Shown here: in pieces, positions 1 to 17,658 of the stretch
Layout: each line of letters starts with the position of its first letter
How positions within the stretch are numbered: the first letter of the stretch is position 1
DNA from: the human T2T-CHM13v2.0 reference genome, Homo sapiens
Length of the DNA: 64,000 bases
Assembly (NCBI GenBank): GCA_009914755.4
Contig: CP068257.2
Span: 37,632,001-37,696,000 of the forward strand
Direction: 5' to 3'
Made by a program: the position numbers and the translations under genes
Notes under the pieces: generated by a model
The model's database searches: none
What the model was told of the DNA's origin: nothing
Seen by the model: only the letters and a program-made list of their open reading frames with translations

Positions 1-229
1 TTCTGAGTTGGGATGCTCAACATGTAAAACCACTGGATTGCACAAGTATACAGTATGTGACTATCTTAGCCATTAAAAGTTTTTGTTAACATTCAAAATG
101 TGAAATTTCATATTAATCTCTGCAGAATGCTGTGTTTTCATATAAATTTGGGGTATATTCATTCAAAGTAAAGAATTAAGCCAAATTCATTTAAGATTAT
201 CTTATAACATTTTAAAGTTTTCCACTCAC

Positions 230-361
230 ATGTCTTACAGAGCTTGAAGACTCATTTCCAGAAGATAACTCACGCCAGCTACGATTTCTTCTACCATAAT
301 TTGGATATTTACGCCTACATGTCCTTTGTCTAGACTGTGATACCAAAACCACTGAATCCGA
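230..361 (-). CDS. BRWD1: BRWD1 coding exon (inferred exon ~19), Arg/Ser-rich
   Basis: Acceptor is tttttctgtgtttcag|TCGGATTCAGTG. Translation is [44 protein letters not shown]. Donor is taken as CAT|gtgagtgga. An alternative donor TCT|gtaaga lies 12 nt upstream, so the 3' boundary is less certain. Confidence 0.7.
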
Positions 362-734
362 CTGAAACACAGAAAAACATGCGAATGAAAATCAACACCT
401 AAATAAGGACAATATCAACAAAATGGGCATTCCGTCAAGTTTCCAGAAGGATTTAAAGCAAAAAGAAAAAAAGGCTTAAAAAGAAGGTAACATTTTTGCC
501 ATACAGTTTTAACTCAAGCTTAGTAGTTTTACTTTTAAGGTCCTTAGAAAACATGAGAAAATGCACATTAGATGGGCATTTTCCAAACTATGCTGTAAGT
601 TAACTGGTTTACCACGAATGAGGGAAAATAACAATAATCTGAAAAGGATGTCACCTTAAAAGTATACATCTCAGAAATGAAAAATACATATTCGTACATT
701 ATGATGCAGTAAGCAACTTCTCAAGGAATGTCTC

Positions 735-1875
735 ACTATCTCTATACATAGGTGTAAAGAAAAAATGTTCAACATACTAATCATTAGAGAAATGCAAATC
801 AAAACCACAATGAGATACCATCTCACACTAGTCAGAATGGCTATTATTAAAAAGTCAAGGCCAGACGCGGGGGCTTACACCTGTAATTCCAGCACTTTGG
901 GAGGACAAGGCAGGCAGATCACTTGAGCCCAGGAGTTCGAGACCAACCCAGGCAACATGGAGAAACCTGCCCCTAAAAAACAACAAAAACAAGAACAAAC
1001 AAACAAAAAACGAAAAATTAGCTGGGCATGGTGGTACACAGCTACAGTCCCAGCTACTAGGGAGGCTGAGGGGGGAGGATCACTCAAGCCCAGGAGGTTG
1101 ACGCTGCAGTGAGTGAGCCATGATTGCACCACAACACTCCAGCCTGGGCAAGAGTGAGACCCTATCTCCCAAAAAAAAAAAAAAAAAAAAAAAACAAAAA
1201 AAAACACTGGGGGGTGGAGGGCATCAAAAAATAGCAGATGCTGGTGAAGTTGCAGAGAAAAGAGAATGGTTATACACTGCTAGTGAAACTGTAACTTAAT
1301 TCAACCACTGTGGAAAGCAGTTTGATGATCCCTCAAAGAACTTAAAACAGAATTACCATTCCACCGAATAATCCCATTACTGGGTATATACCCAAAGGAA
1401 AAGAACTCATTCTACCATAACGACATATATACACCTATGTTCACTGCAGCACTATTCACAATAGTATAAGACATGGAATCAGCCTAAATGCCCATCAATG
1501 GTAGACTGGATAAAGAAAATATGGTATATATAAACTATGGAATACTACCCAGCCATAAAAAAAAAACGAGATCATGTCCTTTGCAGCAACATGGGTGAAG
1601 CTGGAGGCCACTATCCCAAGTGAACTAACATCAGAATAGAAAACCAAGTACCACATATTCTAACTTACAAGTGAGAGCCAAGCATTGAGTACAGAAGGGA
1701 ACAACAGACATCAGAACCTACCTGAGGGCACAACGTGGAAAAAGGGTGAGGACCGGGAAACTACCTATCAAGTACAATGCTTATTATCTGGGTAACAAAA
1801 TAATCCATACACCAAAACCCTATGACTCGCAATTTACCTATATAACAAACTTGCACATATACCCCTGAAGCTAAA
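735..1875 (+). mobile_element. L1 (LINE-1) 3'-end fragment (ORF2 C-terminus and 3'UTR), interrupted by an Alu at 859-1205
   Basis: Matches L1 consensus strings: agagaaatgcaaatcaaaaccacaatgagataccatctcacac, cagaatggctattattaaaaagtc, and after the Alu ccattactgggtatatacccaaagga...cactattcacaatag...atggaatactac...catgtcctttgcagcaacatgg. Confidence 0.8.
859..1205 (+). mobile_element. Alu SINE (inserted in L1), long poly-A
   Basis: ggccagacgcgggggcttacacctgtaattccagcactttgggagg ... cactccagcctgggcaagagtgagaccctatctc followed by (A)n. Confidence 0.9.
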
Positions 1876-2434
1876 AGTTTTCTTTTTAATGTTCAAATAT
1901 TAACTGTAAGTATGTGTATTTTCAGGTTTTTAATGTTTACATAATTTGTTGTCTGTGCTTTTCAGTTCTGAATGTTTTAAATATATTTTTATCAAAACAG
2001 AATAATCATTCAAAATCAGCCAAATAAAGTAACTATATTGGTTTTAGTTTTTTTAAAAGGCATGCCATTCCCCAACCACAAAAGCAGATGAGATTACCCA
2101 ATGAGAGCACATATTCCTTACATTTATGCACAAATCAATTTTCACATGAGTGGCCATCTGTCTAATGAGCACTGGTCAGTTTTAGAATTTCAACATTATC
2201 ACTGGATGATCTTAAAATGAACTGAATGTTCCTTAATTTGTCAGTACTGATTTTGGCAAAAACTCGTATTAATGAGTTTCACGAGTGATAATAGGTTAAC
2301 ATGTAGGTGGGCCAAACTTTCACTAAGAAAAACTAGAAAATCTGGTAAAACATATTTTTTAACAAATCTGTTTAAAGGCACTTTATGCCTTAAAAGGTTA
2401 TGAAGAATCACAGAACCAAGATCAAAAAAAGAAG

Positions 2435-2436
<2 letters not shown>

Positions 2437-2479
<43 letters not shown>

Positions 2480-2505
2480 CACACACACATAGATATATAT
2501 ATATT
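2437..2505. repeat. compound microsatellite (GT)20(AC)5(AT)6
   Basis: Direct read: gtgtgtgt... x20, then atacacacacacat, then agatatatatatat. Confidence 0.95.
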
Positions 2506-3314
2506 TTAACCCTAGAATTTCATTCTGGAAGAGGAAGCTGGAAGGTTTAGCAAGTAAGCAAAATCACAGACTAACTCATGAGTTAGGCTAATAAACTTGC
2601 AATTCATGGCCTCCTATATGTAGGGGACTCCCTCGGGCTTTGGCTGTTAGCCCAAAAGGCTACAGCCTAGACCTGTAGGTAAACTACAGATAGAACAGTA
2701 ATCCCAAGGAACTAAGGCCCATTCTTGTTCGGATAAGGCAATAAGGCTTGAGAGTGGCCCCAGAAGGCTGCCAGAAGTCAATGTAAATCGTCTCTGGGAA
2801 TAAAGCCATCCTGTGCTTCAAATCTTTTCTAACATTTAACAATCAAAAAAGAAACAAAAATATGATGATAAAAAAGGAGAAAAATCAACAGGCAATAGAA
2901 AATGGTCCACAGGGAAGCAAGACATTGAAAAAAATGAAATTACCAGACCTGTTTTTAAAATAGCTATGGCTGCTTTCCAAGTAATTAAAACAATGAGAAT
3001 TTTAGTAGAAAACTGAGAGCCCTTAAAAAAAAAAAAGAAGAACCAAATGACAATTCAGAATCAAATAATTTAGTAACTAAAATTAAGAACTCAATACCAT
3101 TGTTAGGCACTAGGCAATTTTTCTCAAGTTTTCAAACTACTCCTTTCTAACAGCTATATAACCTTAAGTCTACTATTTTAAATCTCAAACAGAAAACCTT
3201 AAGCAAGAAATACTCCACTTCAGATGAAAGTTACTGATAGTTTTATAAATCAAAAAGAAAACTCTATATTTCAATGTAATTTCTAATTTGCTAAGAAAAC
3301 AGAATTTAGGTTAC

Positions 3315-3408
3315 CTTATGTGAGAGCTGAAGAGTCTTTCTTTTTCTTCCTATTATATAAAGATTTCTTTCCTCTTCACCTTTCTCTAATCGGAAGTCTT
3401 CCAGCTTC
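3315..3408 (-). CDS. BRWD1: BRWD1 coding exon (inferred exon ~18)
   Basis: Acceptor is tatttaaatttgtag|GAAGCTGG (AG+G=Arg). Translation is [31 protein letters not shown]. Donor is CATAAG|gtaacctaaa. The phase closes exactly with the previous exon. Confidence 0.85.
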
Positions 3409-4465
3409 CTACAAATTTAAATACCCAGTTATATTAACTACTGAACTGATGGATAACTAAAGGATATAAAGAATAAAAACCAGTGTGATTCTATAAATCA
3501 TAAGTTTATGTACTTTAAAAATACACAAAATCTCTGAAGTTAAAACATGTTAAAAATTTATATGAATATAAATAAAATCTCAGAGGCAGTTAAACCTATT
3601 TTTCATATCAGAGGCAAAAATATTCATTCGTTTTCTGATTGGTACTATCAGGACCAATTCAAACAGAATCTCCCATAATAGCTTTTCAAAACGTCTTCAT
3701 GATTTTCCAAGATTGCAATTCCTTTCCCTAAAGAAAAAATAAGCAGAGTCTGCCTTCTCCACATTTATTCAAGCTATGTTTGATAATTTATAGAAAACAA
3801 GAATAGCAATGTTACTGGTTTTTCTAATCACCTATATTTCACTCACATGATACAACAAAAAGATTATGTTATTGTGACCAATTTCAAAGCAAAGGACCTG
3901 CCACCAAGAAGAAGGTACTAAAAATCATTTTTCTTCTCTGGAAAAGACTGACTGTCCCTTTTCTCCAACTGGAACATTATTAAAAACACGTGGCTTTTAT
4001 GTTTTTGTTTACTTTAACATCTCAAAGGAAAAAGATTTATACTGAAATCTTGGCCATGTTCCAAGGTATAACTAGACACTCAACAGAGTGTAAGAGTAAA
4101 TGCTGTAAGGATAAAAACTGATTTTTAAGAACACTGCATTTTTCTCTAAGTACGCCAGACAGCCCACACTCAAGATTACAGTAGAACATTATTTTATCCA
4201 GCGGGGATTTCTAAAGCAGACTCAACCTTTCACAGGTTGTCAATTTCACTGCTTTATGTGTGTTTAAGGAACCATATAACGAGATTTTCAGCTTGCAGCC
4301 AAATGAAAGTCCCACCTGATATCTGTATGTTTCCCTTTGACAATAAAGCAATACATACAATTGATTCTCAATCAATAAAACAAAGGAACACTTGACATAG
4401 GTATCATTTTCAGCTGCATGCAATTTTACTCCTAATGAGATGGTCAGCTAAGAAAAGTGGTATTA

Positions 4466-4786
<321 letters not shown>

Positions 4787-5489
4787 TTATAATGAATAGA
4801 ATTTCTACCGTTATTGGATCAAGACAAACTACGTGCCTGAATCCTAGGCACAAAAAGAATTACTTATACTGGCAAGCAACATTATATGCTCATAGCTCTG
4901 CACAGCTGTCATTTACCTTTATGCTTTTATATCTATTACTCCAATTTTTCACATTGGACACAAACTTTTATAGTCAGAAAACAAATTTTTAAATACTCTT
5001 CATCCTTATCAAATGATATCCTAACATACAGTTATGAAAAATTCACCCTTGTTTCCACTATTGGAACTGTTGTCATGGGCAATGATCACCACATCTCAAT
5101 CAATTATCGCCTTTATAAAATTTCACATGAGCTTTCTTTTAGAATAAAATGCTAGAAAGAGCTATGTTCTTTTTTGTGAAAATTATATTATGGCAGATAG
5201 CTAGCTGCCGTTCTCCTTTTCTTCCTTAGAAACACAATACCAATTTTTATCCAGGTTCTTTGCTGCTCTAAATAGATACTGTGTTACCTACTCTCCTCCT
5301 TAGCTTATTATGGTCAAATGACAACATTCTGGTCAATGAGTTATAAGCAGAAATGCCACATGGCTACTTAAAGTAAGTTCCTTTGACTAGAAATGCCCTT
5401 TTTGACATCTGAACATCTTTCTTCTTTTCTTCTAAATTTCAACCTACATCACAAATACAGATATGTAATAGCTACAGCTTCAGCAGCTA

Positions 5490-5832
<343 letters not shown>

Positions 5833-6505
5833 GGACTAGAAGCCAAGCTCCACGATGGGGATGAGAAACACAGGAGTCTAAGTTCCTGATTAACTGTGGA
5901 ACCACTATTCCAGCCTTAGATTATTTCTAGTCTTCCTTCGGATAAGAAAATAAATGCTTGTGTTTTAAGAAACTAATTTTTCAGGTCTTTCTCTCTTGAC
6001 ACCTGTTTGCTTCCCTTGGTTTTGAAAAAGCATCCCAAAATGACACTTTTGGTTCTGATGACCATAAGACTTAGACGCCAATTTAAAACTTAATTACAGC
6101 ATACTATATACATATTGATTTTCTGTATTTCTCATCACAATTCCACATTTTGCTTTTCACTATTTTCTAGTCCTTCCCAAATTCACAGAACAATATATAA
6201 GTACTATCTAATAACACTCCAGCATTCACTGAAACTCTTCTGGTTAAACATATAAAAACACAAAGATAAATTTACAAAATTATCTTCAAGCTATTAAGTT
6301 ATTATGACATACAAACATGAGAAAATACTGAAACATTTTAGATATCATTCTAAAAAGTATTTCCTGTTTCCATTTCAATAACTCAAATCAGTACATTACA
6401 ACTCAGCACCAAGGACACTACTGCCCATATTATAATTACAAAATATCATTTCTACACTTGATCTTAGCCAAAAGGCCAAGAAGCAATATAAAATATCATT
6501 TCTTA

Positions 6506-6795
6506 GGCTGGGCGTAGTGGCTCACACCTGTAATCCCAGCACTTTGGGAGGCCGAGGCAGGCAGATCACCTGAGGTCGGGAGTTCAAGACAAGCCTGACC
6601 AACATGGAGAAACCCCGTCTCTACTAAAAATACAAAATTAGCCAGGCGTGGTGGCGCATGCCTGTAGTCCCAGCTACTCGGGAGGCTGAGGCAGGAGAAT
6701 CACTTGAACCCGGAGGCAGAGGTTGCAGTGAGCCAAGATCGTGCCATTGCACTCCAGCCTGGACGAGAGCAAAACTCTGTCTCAAAAAAATAAAA
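6506..6795 (+). mobile_element. Alu SINE
   Basis: ggctgggcgtagtggctcacacctgtaatcccagcactttgggaggccgaggc ... ctcaaaaaaataaaag. Confidence 0.9.
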
Positions 6796-7548
6796 GAAAT
6801 AACATTTCTTACTAAAAGAAAATAGGGCTGCTTAATTTCAGATATAGGTCAAAAATTTACAAGATGAACTATAATATCTTCCCCTGTCTCATAGTAAGGA
6901 TGCTATGGAAAACTACTAGTCATTTTGAAAGGACAGGGAGCCTTGAAAAGAGGCTCCTCATGGCTAGAAAAGAGATGATTTAAACATCAATAAAGAATAT
7001 CAGAAATAAGTTAAACCCCAGCTATTTGATTTATACATTAAAACACACACACATACAAATTGGTCGCTGTTGAATAATGAAAAGGAATAAATCTTTATTT
7101 TGAGGGGAAATAAAGCAAAATAATCAAGCCATCTACTCTGCCTTTCCTACACAAACTTTGCTACTTGAAAACTAAGTATACTTGGGTTTCTTTTTTAGAT
7201 TTCTTTTTCAGAAGTGTCCAAGATAATAAATGAAGAAGTTTTCATAGAGTTAAAAATCATGATTATACAACAGCTAATAAATTAATGAATCTACACATTA
7301 AGCACTGATAGCTGCTAACATCACAAAAACCGAGGAGGCTATTTATGTGTGCCTTCTGATAGAATTATCACTTATGAAGCAGTCTTGCAAAAAACTGAAA
7401 ACATTTATGACACCTGAAACAACTGGAAATTTAAACACAGCCTGGATATTTGGTTATACTGAGAAACCAAGGTACGGTTTTTTTAAGGTGTGATAACAGC
7501 ATTATTTTATATATTTTAAAATTTCTTATCTTTAGAAATACACACTTA

Positions 7549-8391
<843 letters not shown>

Positions 8392-8520
8392 CTAATATAC
8401 ATTTAGCATGTAACAAGCACACGTTCACCTAAGATGCGCACCAAAAATAAAGAACTAAGAGAAGATAGTATCTACTGAAAAAACTTTGTGAGAAAAATCT
8501 TTTTAAAATTTATTTTCTGT

Positions 8521-8640
8521 ACAGACAAGGTCTTGCTATGTTGCCCGGGCTAGTCGCAAATGCCTGGCCTCAAGCAATCCTCTTAACCACGGCTTCCCAA
8601 AGTGCTGGGATTATAGGCATGAGCCACTGCACCCAGCCTG
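8521..8640 (-). mobile_element. Alu fragment (single arm)
   Basis: caaggtcttgctatgttgcccgggctag ... cccaaagtgctgggattataggcatgagccactgcacccagcc. Confidence 0.75.
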
Positions 8641-9072
8641 ACAGAATCTTAACATGACTAAGATCAAAATGTAGAATACGGAACAAACATTAACTATTAA
8701 ACCTCAATTTCAATTTTTACTAGACTTTCTGAAATTATAAAATGTACATTTCACATTACATTATATATGCATTCCTAAAAACTGTGCCTTCTTAAAAATT
8801 GCACACTAAAAAAAGTCTTTTTGAAAAATTTGCACTGAAGACAGATACCTGAAATCAAAGTGGTTTTACAAGAGCTCTTGCAACAGTAATCATGATTCTC
8901 ATGATTCTCAAGAGATAATCTGAGCCACCAAGGCAAGTAGCTGTCAAGATGGTTATTAAAAAGTCAAACAAATAAAATGTTGTGGGTAAATGCCAGTCGT
9001 GCTTAAACTAAAGCTGGGCAGGTGGGTGATGAGGCAATGAAGACAACACTGACGCTCTGAGCCTGAGGGGCT

Positions 9073-9186
9073 GCTGTTAAGGTGGGTATAGGAGGCTGCG
9101 CAACCTCCCATGAGCTGGAAGCCACAGAGGCTGTTAAGGTGGGTATAGGAGGCTGCGCAACCTCCCATGAGCTGGAAGCCACAGAG
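9073..9186. repeat. 57-bp tandem duplication (2 copies)
   Basis: ctgttaaggtgggtataggaggctgcgcaacctcccatgagctggaagccacagag(g/a) occurs twice back to back. This explains the overlapping ORF-track entries at 8956-9282. Confidence 0.9.
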
Positions 9187-10997
9187 AGACTAGCCTCTGA
9201 GGAGGAAGTCCTAGACAAAGTGCTCATTTTCTTACAACAGAAGGTGAAGGGGCTCCTGCTACTAACACAACAGAAAAACTGAGGGTGATATTGATTCTTG
9301 TGGGAGGCTATGGAGCTGTACTCCAGCTGTGCCAGCTCTTCTTGCCTAGGGAAAAATCTACGAGTGAATGCAACTTCTGCACTCTTCTATGTACCACACT
9401 CTATTTACCAATCACATGTGTACCAATGTGCATTAGAGAACACACTATGCTTCACCAACTTCAAATGGCATTAAATGCCCCGCTAGTAAACCAAGCATTT
9501 ATATTAAAATACTATATATTGAAGAAACATTTTTGAACTGAGAAATATAAATTCTAAATTTAACTGCCCAAGTCATAGCATTATTCTCCAACAATCTGAA
9601 AACATGCATAAAGTTATTTATCACATCACTTATAACAGCAAAGCATAAGAAACAACCTAAATGCCCATAAAGAGATTAGAAAGGTTAATTACTCCACACA
9701 GAGGAGTAGTATGAAGCTATTTAAAAAAAAAAAAAAAAAATAGGATGAAGAATTCTGTGAACTGATACGATTTCTAGAATATATTGTTAAGGCAATACAG
9801 TAGGTGCCAGAAGAATGCGTTTATGTATCTTGTGCCTCTTGCCATGACAGACTGAGGACATAGCATCAACTATTCAGTATTCCTGTCTAAATGCTTAACC
9901 TGAACCCAATTATGAGGAAATAATTAGACAAATCTAAATTGAGAGAAATCTTGTGAAAACAACAGGCCTGAAGCTTTCCAAAGTACCAGTGCTCTGAGGA
10001 AACTTTTCTGGATTAAAAGACATAATCCTAAAATGTAATGAGCAGGGCTAATTAAATCCTAAATTTTTTTTTTTTAAAAAAGGCCATGAGGAAGGACAGT
10101 TAGTTATTGGGACAACTGGGGAAGAGTAAGTAAGGACTCAAAATTAGATAGCAGTGCTATATCAACAATTATCATATTCAGCTTGTTGAATGTGATCACT
10201 GTATTATGGTTATGTAAGAGAATATCTCTGGTTCTTGGATGATACAGGATGAAGCATTAAGATATAAAGTGTCACAAGTCTTACTTTCAAATGCTTCTGA
10301 AAAAAAACACATAGGAATGTGTGTGTGCACACATACACAAAAAAAAGCAAAAGCAAGTATAGTAATATAAGGAATCTAGGTAAAGAATATATGGCTGTTC
10401 ATTGTATCCTTCTTCCAACCTTTCTTTCCAAAATAAAAAAACAAAGTCTTATGCTGTAAGTTTAAGAGAAAAAAAGTACTATTTTAAATGAATAATGAAA
10501 CTTGTTAATCATATTGGACTAGAAACAAAGTAAATAGTGGAACTAACTGAGGGGAGACTGGTGATTGTTATGTATTTACTTCTACACTGTACTTTTAAGG
10601 ACTCAACACTGAAAACTCACTAAGTTTTCAAACTTTCTGATTCAATAAGAAAAATCATACTCTACCCAATACAGTTTTTCAAAAATTACCAATGTTAAAG
10701 CAAAGAAAAGCTAGAACTATGGTTTTATTTTAAAAACCAATCTGTTATTCGCTCCTATTTAATACAATTTTGTAAATACTGTATTTTTAGAGTACAAAAG
10801 GCTTCAGCAGTACTTGAAATTCAAAGACCCATTTGTTACTACATTATCTCACACCTCATAAAGCTACCTTCAGACTACTAATTAAGTTGTAAAAATACAT
10901 TGTTTACTTAAGTTTCTCACATTACATGTACCTGACAAAGACTTCGTTTACTCTTTAATTTCAATGCAGCCATATTCAGGTAAAACATTTATCACTA

Positions 10998-11207
<210 letters not shown>

Positions 11208-11819
11208 TTAATATATAATCATATAAAAGCAGAAAACAAAAAAAAATTTCGTTAGGGTACAAATTAAAATACATTAACAATGGTCAGAATTTCCCATTTT
11301 TGAAAAATAACCAGTTTAAAAAGATACTCTACATATTCACCAAGAAGTCAGAGAAAAGATTCAAAGCCAACAAAAGTCTTCCTGTAGAGGACTAAATACC
11401 ACAAAAACCTGAAAGCAGCCTCTGAAATTCCTGCAAGTGGAAGCATGGAAACATATTTCTGTAAAACTTTATTACGCTGTTTCACACTAATGCCCCTCAC
11501 CATACTCGATATATTTCACTAAAATCTTATTCCCCAGAGTCTCTAACTGGAACAGAGCAACTATGGGTCATTTCCAATGTGGAGAAAAATCCCTGAGACT
11601 TAATTTCTTCTCTATGTCTTAAGAAAGGGGAAAAAAGGGAGGTAAGACCTTTTTTAAGCCTTCAACAAGACTTTAGCTCTCCCTCTGCCCCAAGAGTCCT
11701 CGGAGAACAGTGCAATTGATGGTGGTAATTACACAAGCCTCTCCGACTAATCTCAAATTACTCTCTTAGATATGTTTTTAACATAGCTACTACCCATAAT
11801 TCTTACTTCAAGTACAGAG

Positions 11820-12390
<571 letters not shown>

Positions 12391-12819
12391 AGATTAATAA
12401 GGTGATAATCAAAAGGAATGCAAAGATATAACTTGCCACCATAAAGACAGATAGAGAAACTGTAAAACCTCATATAGTATTATGGGATGGGCAAGGGAGG
12501 ACATTTCCATCCTGCTACCTGAGTAAGACTCCCTTGCATATCACTGATAATGTCTTTGTTTTGCTATGGAAACCAAAGAAGAACTTAAAAGAGCTAAATG
12601 TTATATCTCATATTAACTTTGTCTTTAAAAATTTTATCAGTCTCAAAAAATGAGTTGAAAAGGCAGTACATAGAGGCTTAATCTAAAAAGATAAGAAGAT
12701 TTTAATTAGAATTGCTTATAACACAAAATTCCTAAGATTACAACATGATACCAAAGGGAAAACGGCAAAGAAGATTTCTAATCGGCATAAGCCAAAATAA
12801 CCTAAGGCTATATAACTTT

Positions 12820-12960
12820 TCTTTTTTTTCTTTTTGGTAGACACAAAGTCTTGCTATATTGCCCAGGCTGGTCTTGAACTCCTGAGCTCAAGCAATCCGC
12901 CTGCCTGCCTCAGCCTCCCAAAGTGCTAAGATTACAAGCGCGAGCCACTGCACTCAGCCT
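12820..12960 (-). mobile_element. Alu fragment (single arm)
   Basis: ttttggtagacacaaagtcttgctatattgcccaggctggtcttgaactcctgagctcaagcaatccgcctgcctgcctcagcctcccaaagtgctaagattacaagcgcgagccactgcactcagcc. Confidence 0.8.
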
Positions 12961-13458
12961 AACTTTTCTTTCATAGCACAGAACACTTAACTGTTAACTT
13001 CTCAAATATCAGAATGTTAACTGTCTCTATGGAATAATACAATCGATACTGAAATATTGAAGGAGGGTTCTACCCATGAAAACTTAACTGCCGCAGGAAG
13101 TGTCCTTCTGCCATAAACAACTACAATACTGGAAAAAATATATGTAAAACAAAAGCTTTCAGACACTGGACAACAGGCAGCACAAAACTGTGATCCCTGA
13201 GAGAAGGGGAACAATGGAGACAAACCCTCTGATTGCTCCAGATTACTGTCTGGAGGTAGTCTCCAGGTTACAGAACAAAAGAGAGAACCCAAACAGCATC
13301 CACAGATCTAACTGAGTTGAGGAGACAGAGGTGAGAGTTTGCTGGAAGAAGAATGTTAAAATACGCAGGACTGAATATCAGAGGAGAGTGAACTGCACAC
13401 AAAGCTCCAAAGATCTGTAATGAGGTCTCATCAATTATTTGACTAAATACTGATACGT

Positions 13459-13771
<313 letters not shown>

Positions 13772-14954
13772 TTATGTGTGCACATGGGGTAGAACTCCAC
13801 TACTGAGGGGAAAATATAAAAAAGCAGTTGCACAAAAATTTGCAGAGCTCTCACAGGACAGAAAATAGTTCAAGTTCGCAGGAGCCAGAATACACAGCAG
13901 AAGTGCTTTACGTACACTTCCAGTTTTAATACCTAGAATAGTAAAAAGACATGTATTCATGTGCAGAGCAGTAAAGAATATAATAACTCCTACTATTTTG
14001 GTGCCACAACCAAGATTTGTGCTACAGTGCCAGAAGTTTATTTCTACCCACCCATGATCCATCAGTACAAATGTCAACACTGTAAAAAAATAAATATCTC
14101 AGTATTGTTATGAAGATGGCTGTGACCTTGCAGACTCCATGAAAGGTTGCAGATACACCTATGGGTCTGCAAACCACACATTGACAATTTCTGCCCTAAA
14201 GCAACCATTACATACAAATAAACACGTATTGCTAGTAAGACATTAGTGGAGGTCATATGGAACACAAAAAAAAATCATCAATCCCAAAGAAGAAAAAAAA
14301 AAGAAAAAGGAAAAAGGCACAAAGAATGAAAAGAATATAGAGGAAACAAATAGGAATACTCTTATGTTCAAACCCATACCATATGAACATTTAAGTGTAA
14401 ATACTCTACACTTAATAGAGTACTTAATACTTAAATCCCAATTAAAAGTTATCAGATTAGATATATAAAGACACAGATCAGCTGGAAGAACTGACAAAGA
14501 TATACCATGACAATCCTAATCCAAAACAAGTTGAATTGGCTATATTAATATGAAATAAGACTCTTCAAAACAAAAAATATTTTCAGAGATACAGAGAAAC
14601 ATTTCATGAGAAAAGAATTATTTCATCCAGAAGACAAGCAATTCAAAATGTATATGCACCTAATGAATGAACTTTAAAATACATAAAGTAAAAACTGAGT
14701 AAACTGAAGAGAGAAATGACAAATTCCACGTGACAGTTGGATATTTCAATCTGGATGATAGCCCCAAACTGGAAACAAGCCTTTAACCATTAGTGAATGC
14801 AAAAACAAATGATAATATACCCATCTATTCCATGGGGTATTATCAGCCCCAGTGAATAAACAGGAACAAACTACTGATACATGCAACAACACTAATGAAT
14901 CTCAAAAGCACCACACTAAGTCAAAGAAGCCAGACACAAAAGATTACACTTTGT

Positions 14955-15413
<459 letters not shown>

Positions 15414-15438
15414 TTAACATCTGTCAAAACATACTTGA

Positions 15439-15632
15439 CAGCCTGGGCAACATGGCAAAACCCCATCTCTACTAAAAATACAAAAATTAGCCAGGTGTGT
15501 TAGCACACGCCTACAGTCCCAGCTACTCAGGAGGCTGAGGTAGGAGGATCACTTGACCCTCCTGCAGTCAGCCAAGATCGCACCACTGCACTCCAGCCTG
15601 GGCAAACGAGTAAGACCCTGTCTCAAAAAATA
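15439..15632 (+). mobile_element. Alu, 5'-truncated
   Basis: cagcctgggcaacatggcaaaaccccatctctactaaaaatacaaaaattagccaggtgtg ... ctcaaaaaataaac. Confidence 0.8.
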
Positions 15633-16794
15633 AACACACATACACTTGAATTGTACACTTAAAATTGGTGAATTTTGTATATAAAGTACACTTCAATAAA
15701 AGTAATAAAAAATAACATTTGAAATAGCAACCATATAGTAATCTACATTAGGTTTTTACTTTATATATAGCTGGTGATTTAGTTTCAGTAAATCCTCATC
15801 CAAACAAACAAAATAGCATTTTTTCTTTAACATCTGTAGAGAAACACTGCCCTGCTATTAACACAAAAAAGAACTTTGCACTTGGCTACGACAGAGAAAA
15901 GTACAAGACAAACCTGGAACATCCTACATCCAGAAAAGGAAAAAAGTGACTGAAAAAGTGTAAGGACTTGGGGAAGGACAGCTTCAAAAGGCTCTGAGAG
16001 TCAAACCTAAGGATTATGTGAGTAATACAACCCATTAGCCACACCCAGAAGCCCATACTAAAACTTAATAAGCCTCATCAATAAATAAAGGGGTGAGCAA
16101 TAGACAGTCATATGCAATGATACATATGACGCAATGAGGGAGCAATGATACATATGATGCAATGACAGAACAATGATGAAGTTAGAAAATAACCACTTTG
16201 GAGTATTCACAGTAACAACCGATTCAGGCAAAACTCATCAATGGGTCCTAAAACTTGAGGGTAAACTTTGACAATGAACAGGTTATTGACATATCTCCCC
16301 ACAAATTACTATTAATTACAAAGAGAAAAATACTAAGTTTATAGTGTTCAAAAACAACATTACCAGTAATTAGACAAACCACAATCATAAGCATCCTGAC
16401 AGTATGCTCTATTAAGACTAGAACATCATTTATGTTGTATTCTGTCAAAAATGCATAACCGGAACCTAATCAAGAAGTAGACAAACCCAGATTGAGGCCT
16501 TCTACAAAATTCCTGACCTGTAATCTTCAAATACATCAACATCATGAAAGTCAAAAACTGACAACCTGCTCCAGATTACAGGAAATTAAGGAACTATGAC
16601 AACTAACTTTCGTATTTCGTATGTGGTCCCAAATAAAAATTGGGAGAATTTTAAAAGCTATAAACGAACATTACTAGAATAACTGGAAATTTTTGGTTAC
16701 ACACTATAGATTTGATAATAGTATTATCTGAGTGTAAAACGTCCTAATTGTCATAAGTGTCTATAGTTATGTAAGAGAATGTCGTTCTTATTTA

Positions 16795-17202
<408 letters not shown>

Positions 17203-17386
17203 CTAGAAAAATGAAGTTCACAGGATGACATTTTAAGGTTCACACATTTTAAAGGAAACAAATATTAAACAGTTAATTAAAACTAGAAAAACAAGGAAAT
17301 CAAATCACTCAGCTAAACTGTTTCCAAAACATAGCTCATAACTACTTATTTCCAAAACACAGCTGATAACTATTACTTGCATGCTA

Positions 17387-17536
<150 letters not shown>

Positions 17537-17658
17537 CTAGGAAACACAAAAGGAAAAAAGTTAGGACCAATTCTATGCAAGTGATTTGCTATGTAAACTT
17601 TTTTAATGTGGATAACCTGTGACAATATATCCCTTCTGAAAAAAAAAAAAAAAGTTTC

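Noticed and set aside
2560-2830. Block containing aataaagcc polyadenylation-like motif and ggataaggcaataaggcttgagagtggcc
   Set aside because: It could be an LTR or U3-like fragment, but I cannot assign a family or a function from sequence alone. There is no supporting ORF or splice structure.
8956-9282. Four overlapping ORFs on both strands with internally repeated peptides
   Set aside because: They are an artefact of the 57-bp tandem duplication at 9073-9186.
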